Assembly: GCA_964457045.1 (NCBI GenBank)
Contig: CAYWDP010000005.1
Span: 1 to 33,826, forward strand
Reading direction: 5' to 3'
Source: an uncultured Dehalococcoidia bacterium
Lineage (GTDB): Bacteria; Chloroflexota; Dehalococcoidia; UBA2247; RBG-13-53-26
Length of the DNA stretch: 33,826 nucleotides
The notes beneath the pieces are model-generated. The model ran no database searches. It was not told the DNA's origin and was given only the letters and a program-made list of their open reading frames with translations. Below are positions 16,876 through 27,497 of the stretch, piece after piece; positions within the stretch are counted from its first letter, which is position 1; every line of letters starts with the position of its first letter. A program made the position numbers and the translations under genes.

Positions 16876-17427
16876 TTATTTCTTCCCTGCTGTCCTGCCG
16901 GCTTTGCCAGGCTTAAGGCGAACCCTCTCCCCCACATATCTAATCCCCTTACCCTTATAGTGATCGGGGGGATGCACCCGGCGAATCCTAGCAGCTACTT
17001 CTCCCACCAATTCCTTATCTATCCCAGAGACCTTAATTCGATTTGGACCCTCCGTTAGCAAAGATATACCTGGAGGAGGGGATATTTCTACCGGGTGAGT
17101 ATAGCCTACCTGGAGCACTAAATTATCACCCACCTTTTGAGCACGATAACCAACCCCGACAATCTCCAAAGACTTTTCAAAACCCTTTTCCACCCCTTCT
17201 ACCATATTAGCCAGCAGACTGCGTGTTAGACCGTGCAGGGCACGATAAATCTTTTGATCGCTGGGTCGAGAAACTACTAGGCTGCCATCCTTCAAAGCAA
17301 TAGACATCGCTGGGTGAAAGGAGCGATGCAATTCCCCCTTTGGTCCTTTTACAATCACCTCGCTCCCTTGGATGTCTACCATTACTCCTTTTGGTAATGG
17401 AATAGGAAGTTGCCCTATTCTAGACAT
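16876..17427 (-). CDS. rplF: 50S ribosomal protein L6
   Basis: 183 aa, MSRIGQLPIPLPKGV. Confidence 0.95.
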   Translation of the reverse strand: MSRIGQLPIPLPKGVMVDIQGSEVIVKGPKGELHRSFHPAMSIALKDGSLVVSRPSDQKIYRALHGLTRSLLANMVEGVEKGFEKSLEIVGVGYRAQKVGDNLVLQVGYTHPVEISPPPGISLLTEGPNRIKVSGIDKELVGEVAARIRRVHPPDHYKGKGIRYVGERVRLKPGKAGRTAGKK

Positions 17428-17445
17428 GGTCCATCCTCCTCTGGG

Positions 17446-17841
17446 TCACCACACGTAGCATAGCAATTCACCACCAAGATGCTGTTTCCACGCCCGCTGC
17501 CCGGTCATTACGCCTTTAGAGGTGGAAAGGATGGCAATGCCCACACCTCCATAGACTCGAGGGATTTCTGACCTACTCACATAGACTCTAAGTCCGGGCT
17601 TGCTTATCCGCTTCAGGCCCAAAATAACTGGCTGATTCTTGTCAGTATATTTGAGGTAGACCTTGACCATCCTTGCCGGTTTGCTCTTAAGTACCTCGTA
17701 ATTATCAATGAAGCCCTCTTCCTTCAGGGTCCTAACAATTGCAAGGTTCATCTTAGACCAAGGCAGCAAGACGAACTCATGCCTTACCATATTGGCGTTT
17801 CTTATTCTTGTTAGCATATCAGCAATAGGGTCAGTGGTCAT
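17446..17841 (-). CDS. rpsH: 30S ribosomal protein S8
   Basis: 131 aa. Contains [13 protein letters not shown]. Confidence 0.95.
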   Translation of the reverse strand: MTTDPIADMLTRIRNANMVRHEFVLLPWSKMNLAIVRTLKEEGFIDNYEVLKSKPARMVKVYLKYTDKNQPVILGLKRISKPGLRVYVSRSEIPRVYGGVGIAILSTSKGVMTGQRAWKQHLGGELLCYVW

Positions 17842-17846
17842 TTAGC

Positions 17847-18032
17847 TCACCAGCTCGATTTTCTCACTCCAGCGATTTCCCCCTTAAGGGCTAATTCTCG
17901 GAAGCAGATGCGACAAAGCCCAAACTTACGCATATAGGCACGAGGTCGGCCACACAATTGGCACCGATTGTGCTGCTGAACCTTATATTTAGGAGGTCGC
18001 CGCGACTTCACAATCTTAGATAGCTTTGCCAA
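17847..18032 (-). CDS. rpsN: 30S ribosomal protein S14, type Z (zinc ribbon)
   Basis: 61 aa, TTG start. Cys pairs CQLCGRP...CRIC. Confidence 0.95.
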   Translation of the reverse strand: MAKLSKIVKSRRPPKYKVQQHNRCQLCGRPRAYMRKFGLCRICFRELALKGEIAGVRKSSW

Positions 18033-18037
18033 TTTTC

Positions 18038-18595
18038 CTAGCCTCTCACAAAGGGCATCCCCAGGAGTTCCAAGAGACGCCTGCCTTCTTCATCTGAAAG
18101 AGCAGTGGTTACAATGGTAACTTCAAGCCCTCGAGCCCTATCCACTTTATCGTAGTCAATCTCAGGGAAGATCAACTGATCCCTCAGACCTAGACTATAG
18201 TTACCCCTTCCGTCGAAGGAATTCCTTGTCACACCACGGAAATCCCTGATGCGGGGTATGACTGCATTGAGCAACCTATCTAGAAATTCATACATCCGTC
18301 TGCCTCGCAACGTCACCTTCATCCCAATGGGCATACCAGTCCGCAGCTTAAAACCGGCAATAGATTTCTTGGCACGAGTGATGACCGGATGTTGTCCTGA
18401 GATAGTTGCCAAATCCCTCTCAGCGGATTCTAAAGCCTTTGGGTTTTGAATCGCTTCTCCTAGACCAATATTAATTGCAACCCTTTCTAATCTCGGTACC
18501 TGCATCACATTAGTGTAGCCAAAATCACCCATCAGGGCAGGTACAATCTCTCGGAGATATTTCTCCTTCAGTCTGGGTAAAACCTTCTTTTCCAT
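18038..18595 (-). CDS. rplE: 50S ribosomal protein L5
   Basis: 185 aa. Contains [20 protein letters not shown]. Confidence 0.95.
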   Translation of the reverse strand: MEKKVLPRLKEKYLREIVPALMGDFGYTNVMQVPRLERVAINIGLGEAIQNPKALESAERDLATISGQHPVITRAKKSIAGFKLRTGMPIGMKVTLRGRRMYEFLDRLLNAVIPRIRDFRGVTRNSFDGRGNYSLGLRDQLIFPEIDYDKVDRARGLEVTIVTTALSDEEGRRLLELLGMPFVRG

Positions 18596-18597
18596 AG

Positions 18598-18906
18598 CTA
18601 GTCAATCACCTCGTGACAGGAAGAGCAAACACGTACCCTCTTTTCCTCTAGAAAGTGGAAGCTTACTCGAGCGGGACGGTTGCACTTGTTGCAGATTAAC
18701 ATTACTTTGGATATATGAAGAGGAGCTTCTCGCTCGATGATACCTGCTTGCCTTGTCATAGCCCGAGCCCTGGTATGCCTTTTGATCATGTTGGCACCTT
18801 CTACTATTAGACGTTTCTCTTTGGGAAAGGCATACCGCACCTTGCCCTTTTTCCCTTTATCCTTGCCACTGATAACCAGCACGGTATCGTTTTTGCGAAT
18901 ATTCAC
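18598..18906 (-). CDS. rplX: 50S ribosomal protein L24 (with a CxxC...CxxC C-terminal segment)
   Basis: 102 aa, GTG start. KOW motif [13 protein letters not shown]. Cysteines at C72, C75, C94 and C97. Confidence 0.95.
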   Translation of the reverse strand: MNIRKNDTVLVISGKDKGKKGKVRYAFPKEKRLIVEGANMIKRHTRARAMTRQAGIIEREAPLHISKVMLICNKCNRPARVSFHFLEEKRVRVCSSCHEVID

Positions 18907-18909
18907 CCT

Positions 18910-19278
18910 TTACAATACCTCCGGTGCCAGGGAGATGATCTTAGTAAAATCCTTCTCTCGTAGTTCCCTAGCTACGGGACCAAAGATACGAGTGCCTTTT
19001 GGATTATTTTGATCAGTGAGGATTACAGCAGCGTTATCATCGAATCTGATATATGAGCCATCATGACGGCGATAGGTCTTGGCAGTGCGCACGATGACTG
19101 CCCTTACCACATCCCCTGCTCTCACTGACCCCCTGGGTACGGCCTGTTTCACCGCAGCAACAATGACATCGCCTACGCCAGCGTACCTTCGCCTTGTGCC
19201 TCCAGGCACGTTAATACACATAATGGTTTTCGCTCCACTATTATCAGCTACTTTAAGTCTACTATAAGGCTGAATCAT
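18910..19278 (-). CDS. rplN: 50S ribosomal protein L14
   Basis: 122 aa, [17 protein letters not shown]. Confidence 0.95.
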   Translation of the reverse strand: MIQPYSRLKVADNSGAKTIMCINVPGGTRRRYAGVGDVIVAAVKQAVPRGSVRAGDVVRAVIVRTAKTYRRHDGSYIRFDDNAAVILTDQNNPKGTRIFGPVARELREKDFTKIISLAPEVL

Positions 19279-19546
19279 CGGGCTGAATCTCAGCTACCTC
19301 ACCTTTAGATACTATTTCTACCACCCGCCAATGCTTAGTTTTGGAAAGAGGGCGGCTTTCCACAATTCTTACTATGTCCCCCACTTGGCACGCATTGTTT
19401 TCATCATGAGCCTTGAGCTTAACCTGGCGTTTAATGATCTTCTTATACAAAGGGTGAGGTTTACGTGATTCCACAGCTACCACTACCGTCTTATTCATCT
19501 TATCACTCACCACATGTCCAACAAAGGTTTTGCGTTTCTTCTCCAT
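19262..19546 (-). CDS. rpsQ: 30S ribosomal protein S17
   Basis: ORF track starts at 19573, inside rpmC. ATG 19546 gives [20 protein letters not shown], a canonical N-terminus. The 3' end overlaps rplN by 17 nt. Confidence 0.9.
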   Translation of the reverse strand: MEKKRKTFVGHVVSDKMNKTVVVAVESRKPHPLYKKIIKRQVKLKAHDENNACQVGDIVRIVESRPLSKTKHWRVVEIVSKGEVAEIQPDDSAL

Positions 19547-19562
19547 AGAAATGGGCTCCCTA

Positions 19563-19760
19563 TTAAGTTCCAATCAGTTCCCTTTCTCGCATTATGGTCA
19601 TCATTCTAGCAATCTTCTTTTTTACCTTGCGAATCTCGCGATGATTCACCAGCTGTCTAGTAGCTAAGCGGAAGCGGAGATTAAATAACTCCTGGTGGGC
19701 TTCATCAAGCTGCTTTGTCAATTCCTCATCATTGAGGGCACGAATTTCCTCTGCTCTCAC
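19563..19760 (-). CDS. rpmC: 50S ribosomal protein L29
   Basis: 65 aa, GTG start. Contains [14 protein letters not shown]. Confidence 0.9.
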   Translation of the reverse strand: MRAEEIRALNDEELTKQLDEAHQELFNLRFRLATRQLVNHREIRKVKKKIARMMTIMRERELIGT

Positions 19761-20170
19761 TCCATCCCCTTAGTTAAAAACTTAGTATCAATAGGGAGCT
19801 TGTGGGAGGCGAGGCGCATGGCTTCTCTAGCTGATTCCTCTGTAACCCCACTGATTTCAAAGAGCATCCTTCCTGGCTTAACCACTGCCACCCAGTGATC
19901 CAAGCTACCTTTACCGCTGCCCATGCGTGTCTCCGCTGGCTTTTTAGTCACTGGCTTATCAGGGAAAACACGAATCCACAGCTTGACCCCGCGGCGAAGG
20001 TAGTGAACAATAGCCCGGCGCGCTGCTTCAATCTGTCTGGCAGTGAGCCAGGCCTTTTCTAATGCCTGAAGCCCAAAATCCCCGAAAACAAGGGTATTTC
20101 CTGCCTGGGCTCCCCCTTTCAATTTGCCTCTATGTACTTTCCGATACTTCACTCTCTTCGGCTGTAACAT
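19757..20170 (-). CDS. rplP: 50S ribosomal protein L16
   Basis: 137 aa, canonical [20 protein letters not shown] lies 5 nt upstream of the ATG. Confidence 0.95.
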   Translation of the reverse strand: MLQPKRVKYRKVHRGKLKGGAQAGNTLVFGDFGLQALEKAWLTARQIEAARRAIVHYLRRGVKLWIRVFPDKPVTKKPAETRMGSGKGSLDHWVAVVKPGRMLFEISGVTEESAREAMRLASHKLPIDTKFLTKGME

Positions 20171-20972
20171 CTCCTACCTCGATTGGCTGTTCAATAGCCA
20201 CTTCTTCTCGCCCCTCCTCTACTTCACCCTCTTCGGCTGCAACGTCGCCTCCTACTTCGATTGGCTGTTCTATTCCCCCCTCTTCTTGCTGCTCCTCACC
20301 GGTTATAGCAATCGGCTGAGGGGTTTCCACCTCTAACTCCTCAGGCTCTGGAAGGATATCACCCTTGTAGATCCAGACCTTTACCCCAATACGCCCCAAT
20401 AGTGTATGTGCCTCGCAAAATCCATAATCGATGTCAGCACGCACTGTATGGAGGGGCACTCTCCCTTCATGGAAGGTTGCTTTGCGTGCTATTTCGGTAC
20501 CACCAAGCCTCCCAGAGCAGGTTATCTTTACCCCTTTGGCACCAGCTTGCATAGTGCGGAAAACTGCCCGCCTTATCGCCCTGCGAAAGGCAACCTGATG
20601 CTCAATTTGACTGGCCACATTCTTGGCTACCAGATAAGCATCAAGTTCAGGCTCCCGAATTTCCTGTATGTTCATCCGAACCCTTTTCCCACAAAGGTCT
20701 TCCAGAGAACGCCTTAATTGATCTACCCTTTGTCCCCCCCGCCCAATGACAATACCTGGTCTGGCAGTGTGAGCAGTTACTATTAGTTCATTTGACCAGC
20801 GCTCGATGTCCACCTTAGAGATGCCGGCTTCAGGGCTCTCTGTTTCAATTAGCTTACGGATGTGGAGGTCCTCTTGGAGAAACTCAGTATAATGCTTACG
20901 AGAATACCACTTTGAACGCCAGTCATTAATAATGCCAAGTCTGAAGCCTATAGGATGAACCTTATGTCCCAA
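20130..20972 (-). CDS. rpsC: 30S ribosomal protein S3 with a ~60-aa acidic repeat-containing C-terminal extension
   Basis: 280 aa, TTG start, [13 protein letters not shown]. Conserved core runs to ...[12 protein letters not shown]. This is followed by an E-rich tail containing IEQPIEVG twice. The tail overlaps rplP by 41 nt. Confidence 0.9.
   Translation of the reverse strand: MGHKVHPIGFRLGIINDWRSKWYSRKHYTEFLQEDLHIRKLIETESPEAGISKVDIERWSNELIVTAHTARPGIVIGRGGQRVDQLRRSLEDLCGKRVRMNIQEIREPELDAYLVAKNVASQIEHQVAFRRAIRRAVFRTMQAGAKGVKITCSGRLGGTEIARKATFHEGRVPLHTVRADIDYGFCEAHTLLGRIGVKVWIYKGDILPEPEELEVETPQPIAITGEEQQEEGGIEQPIEVGGDVAAEEGEVEEGREEVAIEQPIEVGDVTAEESEVSEST
20146..20277 (-). repeat. Imperfect tandem duplication (period 75 nt) in the rpsC 3' end / rplP 5' end
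   Basis: Plus-strand 20146-20199 (ACTTCACTCTCTTCGGCTGTAACAT---CTCCTACCTCGATTGGCTGTTCAATAGCC) aligns with 20221-20277 (ACTTCACCCTCTTCGGCTGCAACGTCGCCTCCTACTTCGATTGGCTGTTCTATTCCC). About 47 of 54 aligned bases match, with one 3-nt indel. Confidence 0.85.
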
Positions 20973-21308
20973 TTACTCCTCCGTATCAACAATGGCAGTA
21001 ACATGACTTGAGTGCCTGAGGATAGGGTTTACGCGCCCTCGAGCCTGGGGGCGAGCTCTTTTCAAGGTAGCTCCTTGGTTGACAAAGAGCTTCACAATCT
21101 TAAGCTCGGAGAGAGGCATTTGATAGTTATTCTCCGCGTTAGCCGCAGCTGATTTTATTACTTTAGCTATCACCCGGGCTGCTGGGGTAGGGGAGAGATT
21201 AAGGAGAGCCAAAGCTTCGTCCACCTTTTTCCCTCTTGCTGTCTCTGCCACTAAGCATAGTCTCCGAGGGGATATGCCCACATATTTGGCTACTGCCTTT
21301 ACCTCCAT
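20973..21308 (-). CDS. rplV: 50S ribosomal protein L22
   Basis: About 111 aa. ATG 21308 forms an ATGA overlap with the rpsS stop. The ORF track uses GTG 21311. Confidence 0.95.
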   Translation of the reverse strand: MEVKAVAKYVGISPRRLCLVAETARGKKVDEALALLNLSPTPAARVIAKVIKSAAANAENNYQMPLSELKIVKLFVNQGATLKRARPQARGRVNPILRHSSHVTAIVDTEE

Positions 21309-21601
21309 CACTTTTTCCTCTGGCTAGCCCCTTCCTTTGTTACATGTGTTACATGTCCTCTAAAGGTCCGAGTAGGGGCAAACTCACCTAGCTTATGCCC
21401 TACCATATTCTCAGTGATAAAGATAGGTACATGCCTCCTTCCATCGTGCACAGCGATGTTATGTCCTACCATCTGGGGGAAAATAGTAGAGGCACGAGAC
21501 CATGTTTTTATCACTGCTTTCTCTCCCCCCCGGTTGATCGCCTCCACCTTCTTCATCAGCTTTGCATCAACAAAGGGACCTTTCTTTATCGACCTTCCCA
21601 C
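21308..21601 (-). CDS. rpsS: 30S ribosomal protein S19
   Basis: ORF track starts at 21625, inside rplB. GTG 21601 has GGAGGA about 8 nt upstream and gives canonical [12 protein letters not shown]. Confidence 0.9.
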   Translation of the reverse strand: MGRSIKKGPFVDAKLMKKVEAINRGGEKAVIKTWSRASTIFPQMVGHNIAVHDGRRHVPIFITENMVGHKLGEFAPTRTFRGHVTHVTKEGASQRKK

Positions 21602-21605
21602 TGCC

Positions 21606-22427
21606 TTACTTCCTCCGTTTGACAATCATTTTATCGCTTACTTTGTTCCTGCGGGTCTTATAGCCTAAGGCTGGCTTGCCCCATGGAGTTTTGGGATTCA
21701 TCCCCCTGGGAGATCTACCCTCCCCCCCGCCATGGGGGTGATCACGGGGGCTCATTGCTGAACCTCGGACAGTGGGGCGCCGACCTAGCCATCTCTTACG
21801 CCCTGCCTTACCTAACTTTATATTCTGATGATCTACATTCCCCACCTGACCAATAGTAGCCATGCAAACATTAAGGATTTTGCGCACTTCGCCGGAGGGC
21901 AACTTTACCAAGGTATATCTATCCTCCCGTCCCGTAACCTGGGCAGAGGTTCCAGCACTGCGCACTATTTGCCCCCCTTTGCCCGGCTGGAGCTCGATAT
22001 TGTGAATCATCATGCCTACAGGAATCTGTTTTAAAGGTAAGGCATTGCCTAGCTTCACCTCAGCATCAGGGCCTGAGGAGATAATATCCCCTGTGGTTAA
22101 ACCTAAAGGGGCAAGGATATAGCGTTTCTCCCCATCAGCATACTGAGTTAATGCAATGTGAGCTGAGCGGTTGGGATCATATTCAATAGCCAGTACCTCA
22201 GCAGGGACACCGGTCTTACCCCTTTTGAAATCGATAATGCGGAGCCTCCGCTTAGCTCCACCACCCCGATGTCTTACTGTTATCCTGCCTTGATTATTAC
22301 GCCCCCCTTTCCTTTTCAAAGGCAAAAGCAAAGACTTCTCCGGCCTTTTTTTAGTAATCTCCTCAAAGGTGGAGCCAGTCATGCCCCTCCTCCCCGGAGA
22401 GGTAGGTTTATATACCTTGAGTGCCAT
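21606..22427 (-). CDS. rplB: 50S ribosomal protein L2
   Basis: 273 aa. Contains [15 protein letters not shown] and [13 protein letters not shown]. Confidence 0.95.
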   Translation of the reverse strand: MALKVYKPTSPGRRGMTGSTFEEITKKRPEKSLLLPLKRKGGRNNQGRITVRHRGGGAKRRLRIIDFKRGKTGVPAEVLAIEYDPNRSAHIALTQYADGEKRYILAPLGLTTGDIISSGPDAEVKLGNALPLKQIPVGMMIHNIELQPGKGGQIVRSAGTSAQVTGREDRYTLVKLPSGEVRKILNVCMATIGQVGNVDHQNIKLGKAGRKRWLGRRPTVRGSAMSPRDHPHGGGEGRSPRGMNPKTPWGKPALGYKTRRNKVSDKMIVKRRK

Positions 22428-22429
22428 CT

Positions 22430-22714
22430 TTAAACACCCTCAAAAAACTCAATCTTTTGCCCTGCTTCGAGGGTAACCACTGCCTTCTTCCAAGGGGATG
22501 TCTTCACCTGACGTCTCCCCACTCTTCGTGTCTTGCCAGGAACGGTTAGCACATTCACTCCCACTACCTTCACCTTGAAAGCTTTCTCCACCGCCTGTTT
22601 AACTTGGTGCTTATTGGCTTTCTCTGCTACCTCAAAAGCATATTTGTTTTGCTCTTGAAGAGCGGTGTTCTTTTCAGTAATTATAGGGCGACGCAATACT
22701 TGGTATAGATGCAT
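22430..22714 (-). CDS. rplW: 50S ribosomal protein L23
   Basis: 94 aa. Contains PIITEKNT. Canonical position. Confidence 0.95.
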   Translation of the reverse strand: MHLYQVLRRPIITEKNTALQEQNKYAFEVAEKANKHQVKQAVEKAFKVKVVGVNVLTVPGKTRRVGRRQVKTSPWKKAVVTLEAGQKIEFFEGV

Positions 22715-22721
22715 TTTCTAC

Positions 22722-23369
22722 TCAACCCTGTGGGGCAAGCTGCCTTCTACCCCAAATCTGCTCAACCTGGCGCAACCCCTCTGTGGTGATTACCAGGAAC
22801 TTATAAGAAAGGAGATCTACAACATTAAGTAAAGCAGCCGGCAGCGTCTTTATTTTTGGTAGATTGCTTGCTGACTTAACTACATTGGTCTCCGGCTCAG
22901 TGGTAACAATAAGAGCTGAGGAATCTGCTCCTAGTGCCTTTAGTATGCGTGCCATCTCTGCTGTCCTAGGCTTTGTAAGCCCAAATTGTTCCACTATCAT
23001 TATCTCCCCTGCGGAGGCTTTGGCTGAAAGAACACACTTCAGCGCTAAGCGGCGCATTTTCCTAGGCATACTTTGTCTATAGCTTCTAGGGTGGGGACCA
23101 AAGACTATGCCTCCGCCCCTGAGAAGGGGCGAGCGCCTCGTCCCCCGCCGTGCCCACCCAGTATGTTTTTGCCGATAAAGCTTCCTTGTACTTCCAGAGA
23201 CTTCTCCTCTTGTCTTGGTATCCGCTGTCCCCAGGCGAGCATTTGCTAGCTGCCTCACCATTGCCTGGTGCACCACGGCTTGGTTAAAAGGCACAGCGAA
23301 AATATTATCCTCTATTTCGATGTGGTTAACAACCTCACCTAAAGCATCATAAACGGGAAGCTGCATCAC
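22722..23369 (-). CDS. rplD: 50S ribosomal protein L4
   Basis: 215 aa. Contains KTRGEVSGSTRKLYRQKHTGWARRG. Confidence 0.95.
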   Translation of the reverse strand: MMQLPVYDALGEVVNHIEIEDNIFAVPFNQAVVHQAMVRQLANARLGTADTKTRGEVSGSTRKLYRQKHTGWARRGTRRSPLLRGGGIVFGPHPRSYRQSMPRKMRRLALKCVLSAKASAGEIMIVEQFGLTKPRTAEMARILKALGADSSALIVTTEPETNVVKSASNLPKIKTLPAALLNVVDLLSYKFLVITTEGLRQVEQIWGRRQLAPQG

Positions 23370-23371
23370 TA

Positions 23372-24004
23372 CTATTCGCCTTCACTAGATTTCATAATAA
23401 GCAAGAGCCCGTTTACAGCACCAGGCACTGCCCCCCCAATTAGGAGAAGATTACGACCTGGGTCTGCCTCAATCACCTTCAAATTACGCACGGTCACCCG
23501 TCTATCCCCCATATGCCCCGCCATGCGTGTCCCCTTAAGCACCCTCCCTGGAAAGGTAGTACCACCAATAGAGCCGGGGGCACGATGACGATCTGATTGA
23601 CCATGAGTCTTAGGTCCCCCACCAAAGTGATGTCGCTTTACCACCCCGGCGAAGCCCTTGCCCTTCGACGTTCCAATAACATCAACCTTATCACCCTTTT
23701 TAAAGATGCTCACATCCATCTTCTGACCTATCTTAACAGAGCTTGGTTCATTGACTCTAAATTCCCTGAGGTATTTGAGTTGACGCCCTACACCTTTAAG
23801 GTGTCCCTTTTCCGGAGAATTGAGCCGGCTGATTTCACCAAACCCAAGCTGTACTGCATTGTAGCCATCCTTGGCTTGGGTCTTGATCTGGGAAACAAAG
23901 CAAGGACCAGCCTCAATCGCGGTCACTGCCTCTAGATTTCCATCTTCATCAAATATTTGGGTCATGCCTAACTTTCGACCTAGAATCCCTTTAACCTCCG
24001 CCAT
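23372..24004 (-). CDS. rplC: 50S ribosomal protein L3
   Basis: 210 aa. Contains GILGRKLGMTQIF and GKGFAGVVKRHHFGGGPKTHG. Confidence 0.95.
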   Translation of the reverse strand: MAEVKGILGRKLGMTQIFDEDGNLEAVTAIEAGPCFVSQIKTQAKDGYNAVQLGFGEISRLNSPEKGHLKGVGRQLKYLREFRVNEPSSVKIGQKMDVSIFKKGDKVDVIGTSKGKGFAGVVKRHHFGGGPKTHGQSDRHRAPGSIGGTTFPGRVLKGTRMAGHMGDRRVTVRNLKVIEADPGRNLLLIGGAVPGAVNGLLLIMKSSEGE

Positions 24005-24024
24005 TATCTTTCCTCATAATTCCC

Positions 24025-24333
24025 TTATAACTTTATCTCTACATCTACCCCTGAGGGCAGGTTTAATCGAGTTAGAGCCTCGATAGTTTTGGAGGTGGGG
24101 TTAAGAATATCAATAAGGCGCTTATGAGTCCGGATCTCGAATTGTTCCCTGGAGTCTTTATCAATGAAAGGGGAGCGGATAACACAGAACTTCTGAATGC
24201 GTGTTGGCAAGGGTACTGGCCCAGCCACTCGGGCTCCAGTCTGCTCCGCTGTCTCCGTAATCTGGACCGCTGACTGATCTAGTATCTTATGGTCAAAGGA
24301 TCTCAACTTAATACGAATCTTCTGCTTGGGCAT
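24025..24333 (-). CDS. rpsJ: 30S ribosomal protein S10
   Basis: ORF track starts at 24354, inside fusA. ATG 24333 gives [21 protein letters not shown], a canonical N-terminus. Confidence 0.95.
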   Translation of the reverse strand: MPKQKIRIKLRSFDHKILDQSAVQITETAEQTGARVAGPVPLPTRIQKFCVIRSPFIDKDSREQFEIRTHKRLIDILNPTSKTIEALTRLNLPSGVDVEIKL

Positions 24334-24334
24334 C

Positions 24335-26413
24335 TTACATCGCCCCTCCCCCAATAATAATCTGCTCCAGCAAAGCTGGAGGCAGTTCCTGATAATGATG
24401 AAACTCCATTGAATGGGTAGCCCTACCTTGGCTCAAGGATCGGAGCACGGTGGCATAACCAAAAGTCTCTCCTAACGGAATGAGAGCGTGAATCACTCTG
24501 GTATCTCCTTGAACTCCAATGCCTTCAATATGTGCCCTTCGGGCATCGATGTCCCCCAATATGTCACCTAGAAATTGCTCAGGAGTGAATACGTCTAATT
24601 TCATAATCGGCTCTAGAAGGGTAGGCTTGGCTCGGCGCACCCCTTCCTTCAGGGCAATCGACCCCGCCATCTTGAAAGCAAGCCCGGAGGAGTCTACTTC
24701 GTGAAAGCTACCATCATAAAGAGTCACCTTAATATCAACTATAGGATAGTTAGCTAATACCCCCCTCTCTAAGGTCTCCTTTACACCCGCTGCAACTGCT
24801 GGGATAAACTCCTTGGGTATAGACCCTGCCCGAATCTGGTTAGTAAAGGCAAAACCACTGCCTCTCTCCCCAGGCTCTAGTTTAAGCATGACATGACCAT
24901 ACTGTCCCCGCCCCCCGGACTGTTTGATGAATCTCCCCTCCGCTTGCGCTGGCTGAGTGATTGTCTCTTTATAAGCCACCTGGGGTTTGCCTGTCCTTGC
25001 TTCTACCCTAAACTCGCGCCACATGCGCTCTAGTAGAACCTCCAGGTGGAGCTCACCCATGCCTGAGATTATAGTTTGCCCTGTCTCCTGGTCATAACCT
25101 GTTTCAAAGGTGGGATCTTCTTCTGTTAGTTTTACCAGGGCATTCCCTATCCTGTCTTGATCGGCTTTAGTCTTCGGTTCAATAGCCACCGAGATTACCG
25201 GCTCTGGGAAACGGATAGCCTCAAGTAAGATAGGCTTAGCGGGATCACATAATGTATCACCGGTGAAGGTATTCTTTAAACCTAAAGCAGCAGCAATCCC
25301 GCCGGCGTAAACCTCATCCACCTCTTCCCGATGATTAGCATGCATTCGGAGTAATCTGCCAAGGCGCTCCTTCCGTTCCCTAGCAGAGTTGAGTACCTGG
25401 GCCTTGGCTTTCACTTTCCCTGAATAAACCCGAAAATACACCAGCCTGCCAACGAAGGGATCAGAGACTACCTTAAAGGCAAGGGCAGAGAAAGGTGCTG
25501 CTTCACTAGCTGGTCGGGTGGCTACCTTACCCGTTTTAGGATCAGTGCCCTCAACTGGAGGCACATCTAAAGGCGAGGGGAGATAGTTCACTATAGCATC
25601 CAGCAGTGGCTGGATGCCCTTGTTTTTCAAGGCGCTACCGCAAAGGACAGGCACCACCTTATTAGCCAGAGAGGCTCTTCGCAAGGCTGCCCTAATCTCC
25701 AAAGCAGTGATGGTATGCCCTTCTAAATAAGCTTCCATAAGCTGGACATCCTCTTCGGCTAATCTTTCCAGCAGGATCCTTCGTTGCTCCCCAGCCCTGT
25801 TTACATAATCCTGAGGGATGTCTGTCTCAACGGGTAAAGAATCGATGTCCTCTGGGAAAATCCAGGCTTTGTTTTCCACCAGATCGATGACCCCCTCAAA
25901 GGACTTCTCCTCCCCTAAGGGCAACTGAATAGGCACTGCCTTAGCCCGAAGGAGCTCACCCATCATAGCCACGGTGCGATGTAAATCAGCACCTACTCGA
26001 TCCATCTTGTTAACAAAGCAAATCCTGGGGACTCGGTAATTATTTGCTTGGCGCCATACGGTCTCAGACTGAGGCTGAACGCCAGCCACAGCATCAAAGA
26101 CCACTACCCCTCCATCGAGCACCCGCAGACTGCGTTCTACTTCAGCAGTGAAATCCACATGCCCTGGGGTATCAATAATATTAATGCGATGTCCCAGCCA
26201 ATAGCAGGTGGTAGCCGCAGCGGTGATAGTGATCCCTCGTTCCCGTTCCTGCTCCATCCAGTCCATTACCGCTGTTCCTTCATCCACTTCCCCAACCTTG
26301 TAGGTGCGACCAGTGTAGTAGAGCACCCTCTCGGTAATGGTAGTCTTACCGGCATCTATGTGGGCAATTATCCCGATGTTTCTTTTTTGATGTAAAGGGA
26401 GAGCTTCACCCAT
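24335..26413 (-). CDS. fusA: Translation elongation factor G
   Basis: GTPase motifs [14 protein letters not shown] and NKMD. ORF track starts at 26500, overlapping rpsG. ATG 26413 has GGAGGA upstream and gives [18 protein letters not shown], a typical N-terminal length. Confidence 0.95.
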   Translation of the reverse strand: MGEALPLHQKRNIGIIAHIDAGKTTITERVLYYTGRTYKVGEVDEGTAVMDWMEQERERGITITAAATTCYWLGHRINIIDTPGHVDFTAEVERSLRVLDGGVVVFDAVAGVQPQSETVWRQANNYRVPRICFVNKMDRVGADLHRTVAMMGELLRAKAVPIQLPLGEEKSFEGVIDLVENKAWIFPEDIDSLPVETDIPQDYVNRAGEQRRILLERLAEEDVQLMEAYLEGHTITALEIRAALRRASLANKVVPVLCGSALKNKGIQPLLDAIVNYLPSPLDVPPVEGTDPKTGKVATRPASEAAPFSALAFKVVSDPFVGRLVYFRVYSGKVKAKAQVLNSARERKERLGRLLRMHANHREEVDEVYAGGIAAALGLKNTFTGDTLCDPAKPILLEAIRFPEPVISVAIEPKTKADQDRIGNALVKLTEEDPTFETGYDQETGQTIISGMGELHLEVLLERMWREFRVEARTGKPQVAYKETITQPAQAEGRFIKQSGGRGQYGHVMLKLEPGERGSGFAFTNQIRAGSIPKEFIPAVAAGVKETLERGVLANYPIVDIKVTLYDGSFHEVDSSGLAFKMAGSIALKEGVRRAKPTLLEPIMKLDVFTPEQFLGDILGDIDARRAHIEGIGVQGDTRVIHALIPLGETFGYATVLRSLSQGRATHSMEFHHYQELPPALLEQIIIGGGAM

Positions 26414-26493
26414 TCCACCCGTCCTCCCCCTGGCTATCTCCAACTCAGGGTAGGCAGCTGATTCGATAAAGGACTCAGTAACCAACGACTTCT

Positions 26494-26964
26494 CTACCAT
26501 CGAAAGTGTGCAAAGGCTCTGTTTGCCTCAGCCATTTTATGAGTATCCTCACGCTTCTTGATTGTCGCCCCCTGCCCCCGGGCAGCATCCACAATCTCAG
26601 CAGCGAGTTTTTCCGCCATTGACTTGCCACTCCGCGCTCTAGCCGAACTTAACAGCCAACGGATGGCCGTTGAGGTGCCACGGTCACCTCTGACTTCTAC
26701 AGGCACCTGATAAGTAGCTCCAGCAACACGGCGGGGTTTAACTTGAAGGAGTGGTGTTGCATTCTTAATTACCTGCTCCAGGAGGTCAGCTGGCGGTTTC
26801 TTTATTTGCCCTGAAGCAAGCTCAAGGGCAGTATAAACGATCCTTTCCGCTTTCCTTTTCTTGCCCCATTTCATCACCTTATTAATAACTCTAGCTACCA
26901 GCAGGCTACCATATTTGGTGTCGGGGGGCACCTCTCTTTTTACTACCTTACCTCTTCTCGGCAT
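26494..26964 (-). CDS. rpsG: 30S ribosomal protein S7
   Basis: 156 aa, [16 protein letters not shown]-terminus ...[10 protein letters not shown]. Confidence 0.95.
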   Translation of the reverse strand: MPRRGKVVKREVPPDTKYGSLLVARVINKVMKWGKKRKAERIVYTALELASGQIKKPPADLLEQVIKNATPLLQVKPRRVAGATYQVPVEVRGDRGTSTAIRWLLSSARARSGKSMAEKLAAEIVDAARGQGATIKKREDTHKMAEANRAFAHFRW

Positions 26965-27043
26965 TTTTAAATCTCCAAATCACAAAAAAGGCTCGGGCAC
27001 TTCCCTCATTGTTGAATAGCCTCTTCCCTGGACAGTCCAGGAA

Positions 27044-27469
27044 CTAAGCTCCCGAGCCCTTGACTTGCTTTGTCCCGTATCTACTGCGAGCCTGTCGGCG
27101 GTCGACCACGCCACCTGTGTCCAAGGTGCCACGGACAATATGATAGCGCACCCCGGGCAGGTCTTTTACCCGACCTCCCTGAATCAAAACTACAGAGTGC
27201 TCTTGCAAGTTGTGTCCTTCGCCGGGGATATAGGCAGTTACCTCCATGCCATTGGTTAGCCGTACTCGGGCAATTTTGCGCAAGGCAGAATTAGGTTTCT
27301 TCGGGGTCATGGTCTTTACCTGAATGCAAACCCCTCTCTTCTGCGGAGAACTATTAGTTCGTATTGTCTGGCGCTTAAGTGCATTGAATCCAAGGCACAG
27401 CGCTGGAGCCTTGGTCCTCCGGGTAATCCTCTTTCGTCCCCGTCGGGCAAGCTGATTAACTGTAGGCAT
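27044..27469 (-). CDS. rpsL: 30S ribosomal protein S12
   Basis: 141 aa, [13 protein letters not shown]. Contains [10 protein letters not shown] and RGTLD. Confidence 0.95.
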   Translation of the reverse strand: MPTVNQLARRGRKRITRRTKAPALCLGFNALKRQTIRTNSSPQKRGVCIQVKTMTPKKPNSALRKIARVRLTNGMEVTAYIPGEGHNLQEHSVVLIQGGRVKDLPGVRYHIVRGTLDTGGVVDRRQARSRYGTKQVKGSGA

Positions 27470-27497
27470 TCCTCTCTTCTCCTAAAAGCACTAGAAT

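Noticed and set aside
19262-19300. Acidic C-terminal extension of S17 overlapping rplN by 17 nt, considered as a second overprinting case
   Set aside because: It is short, at about 13 aa. C-terminally extended S17 proteins are known in other bacteria, and there is no repeat structure in the DNA.
24334-26500. Long N-terminal extensions in the ORF track for fusA (29 aa), rpsJ, rpsS, rpsQ, secY and rpoA
   Set aside because: These extensions overlap the upstream gene and lack an SD. Internal starts with good SD spacing reproduce the canonical N-termini. They are treated as longest-ORF artefacts and not as novel extensions.
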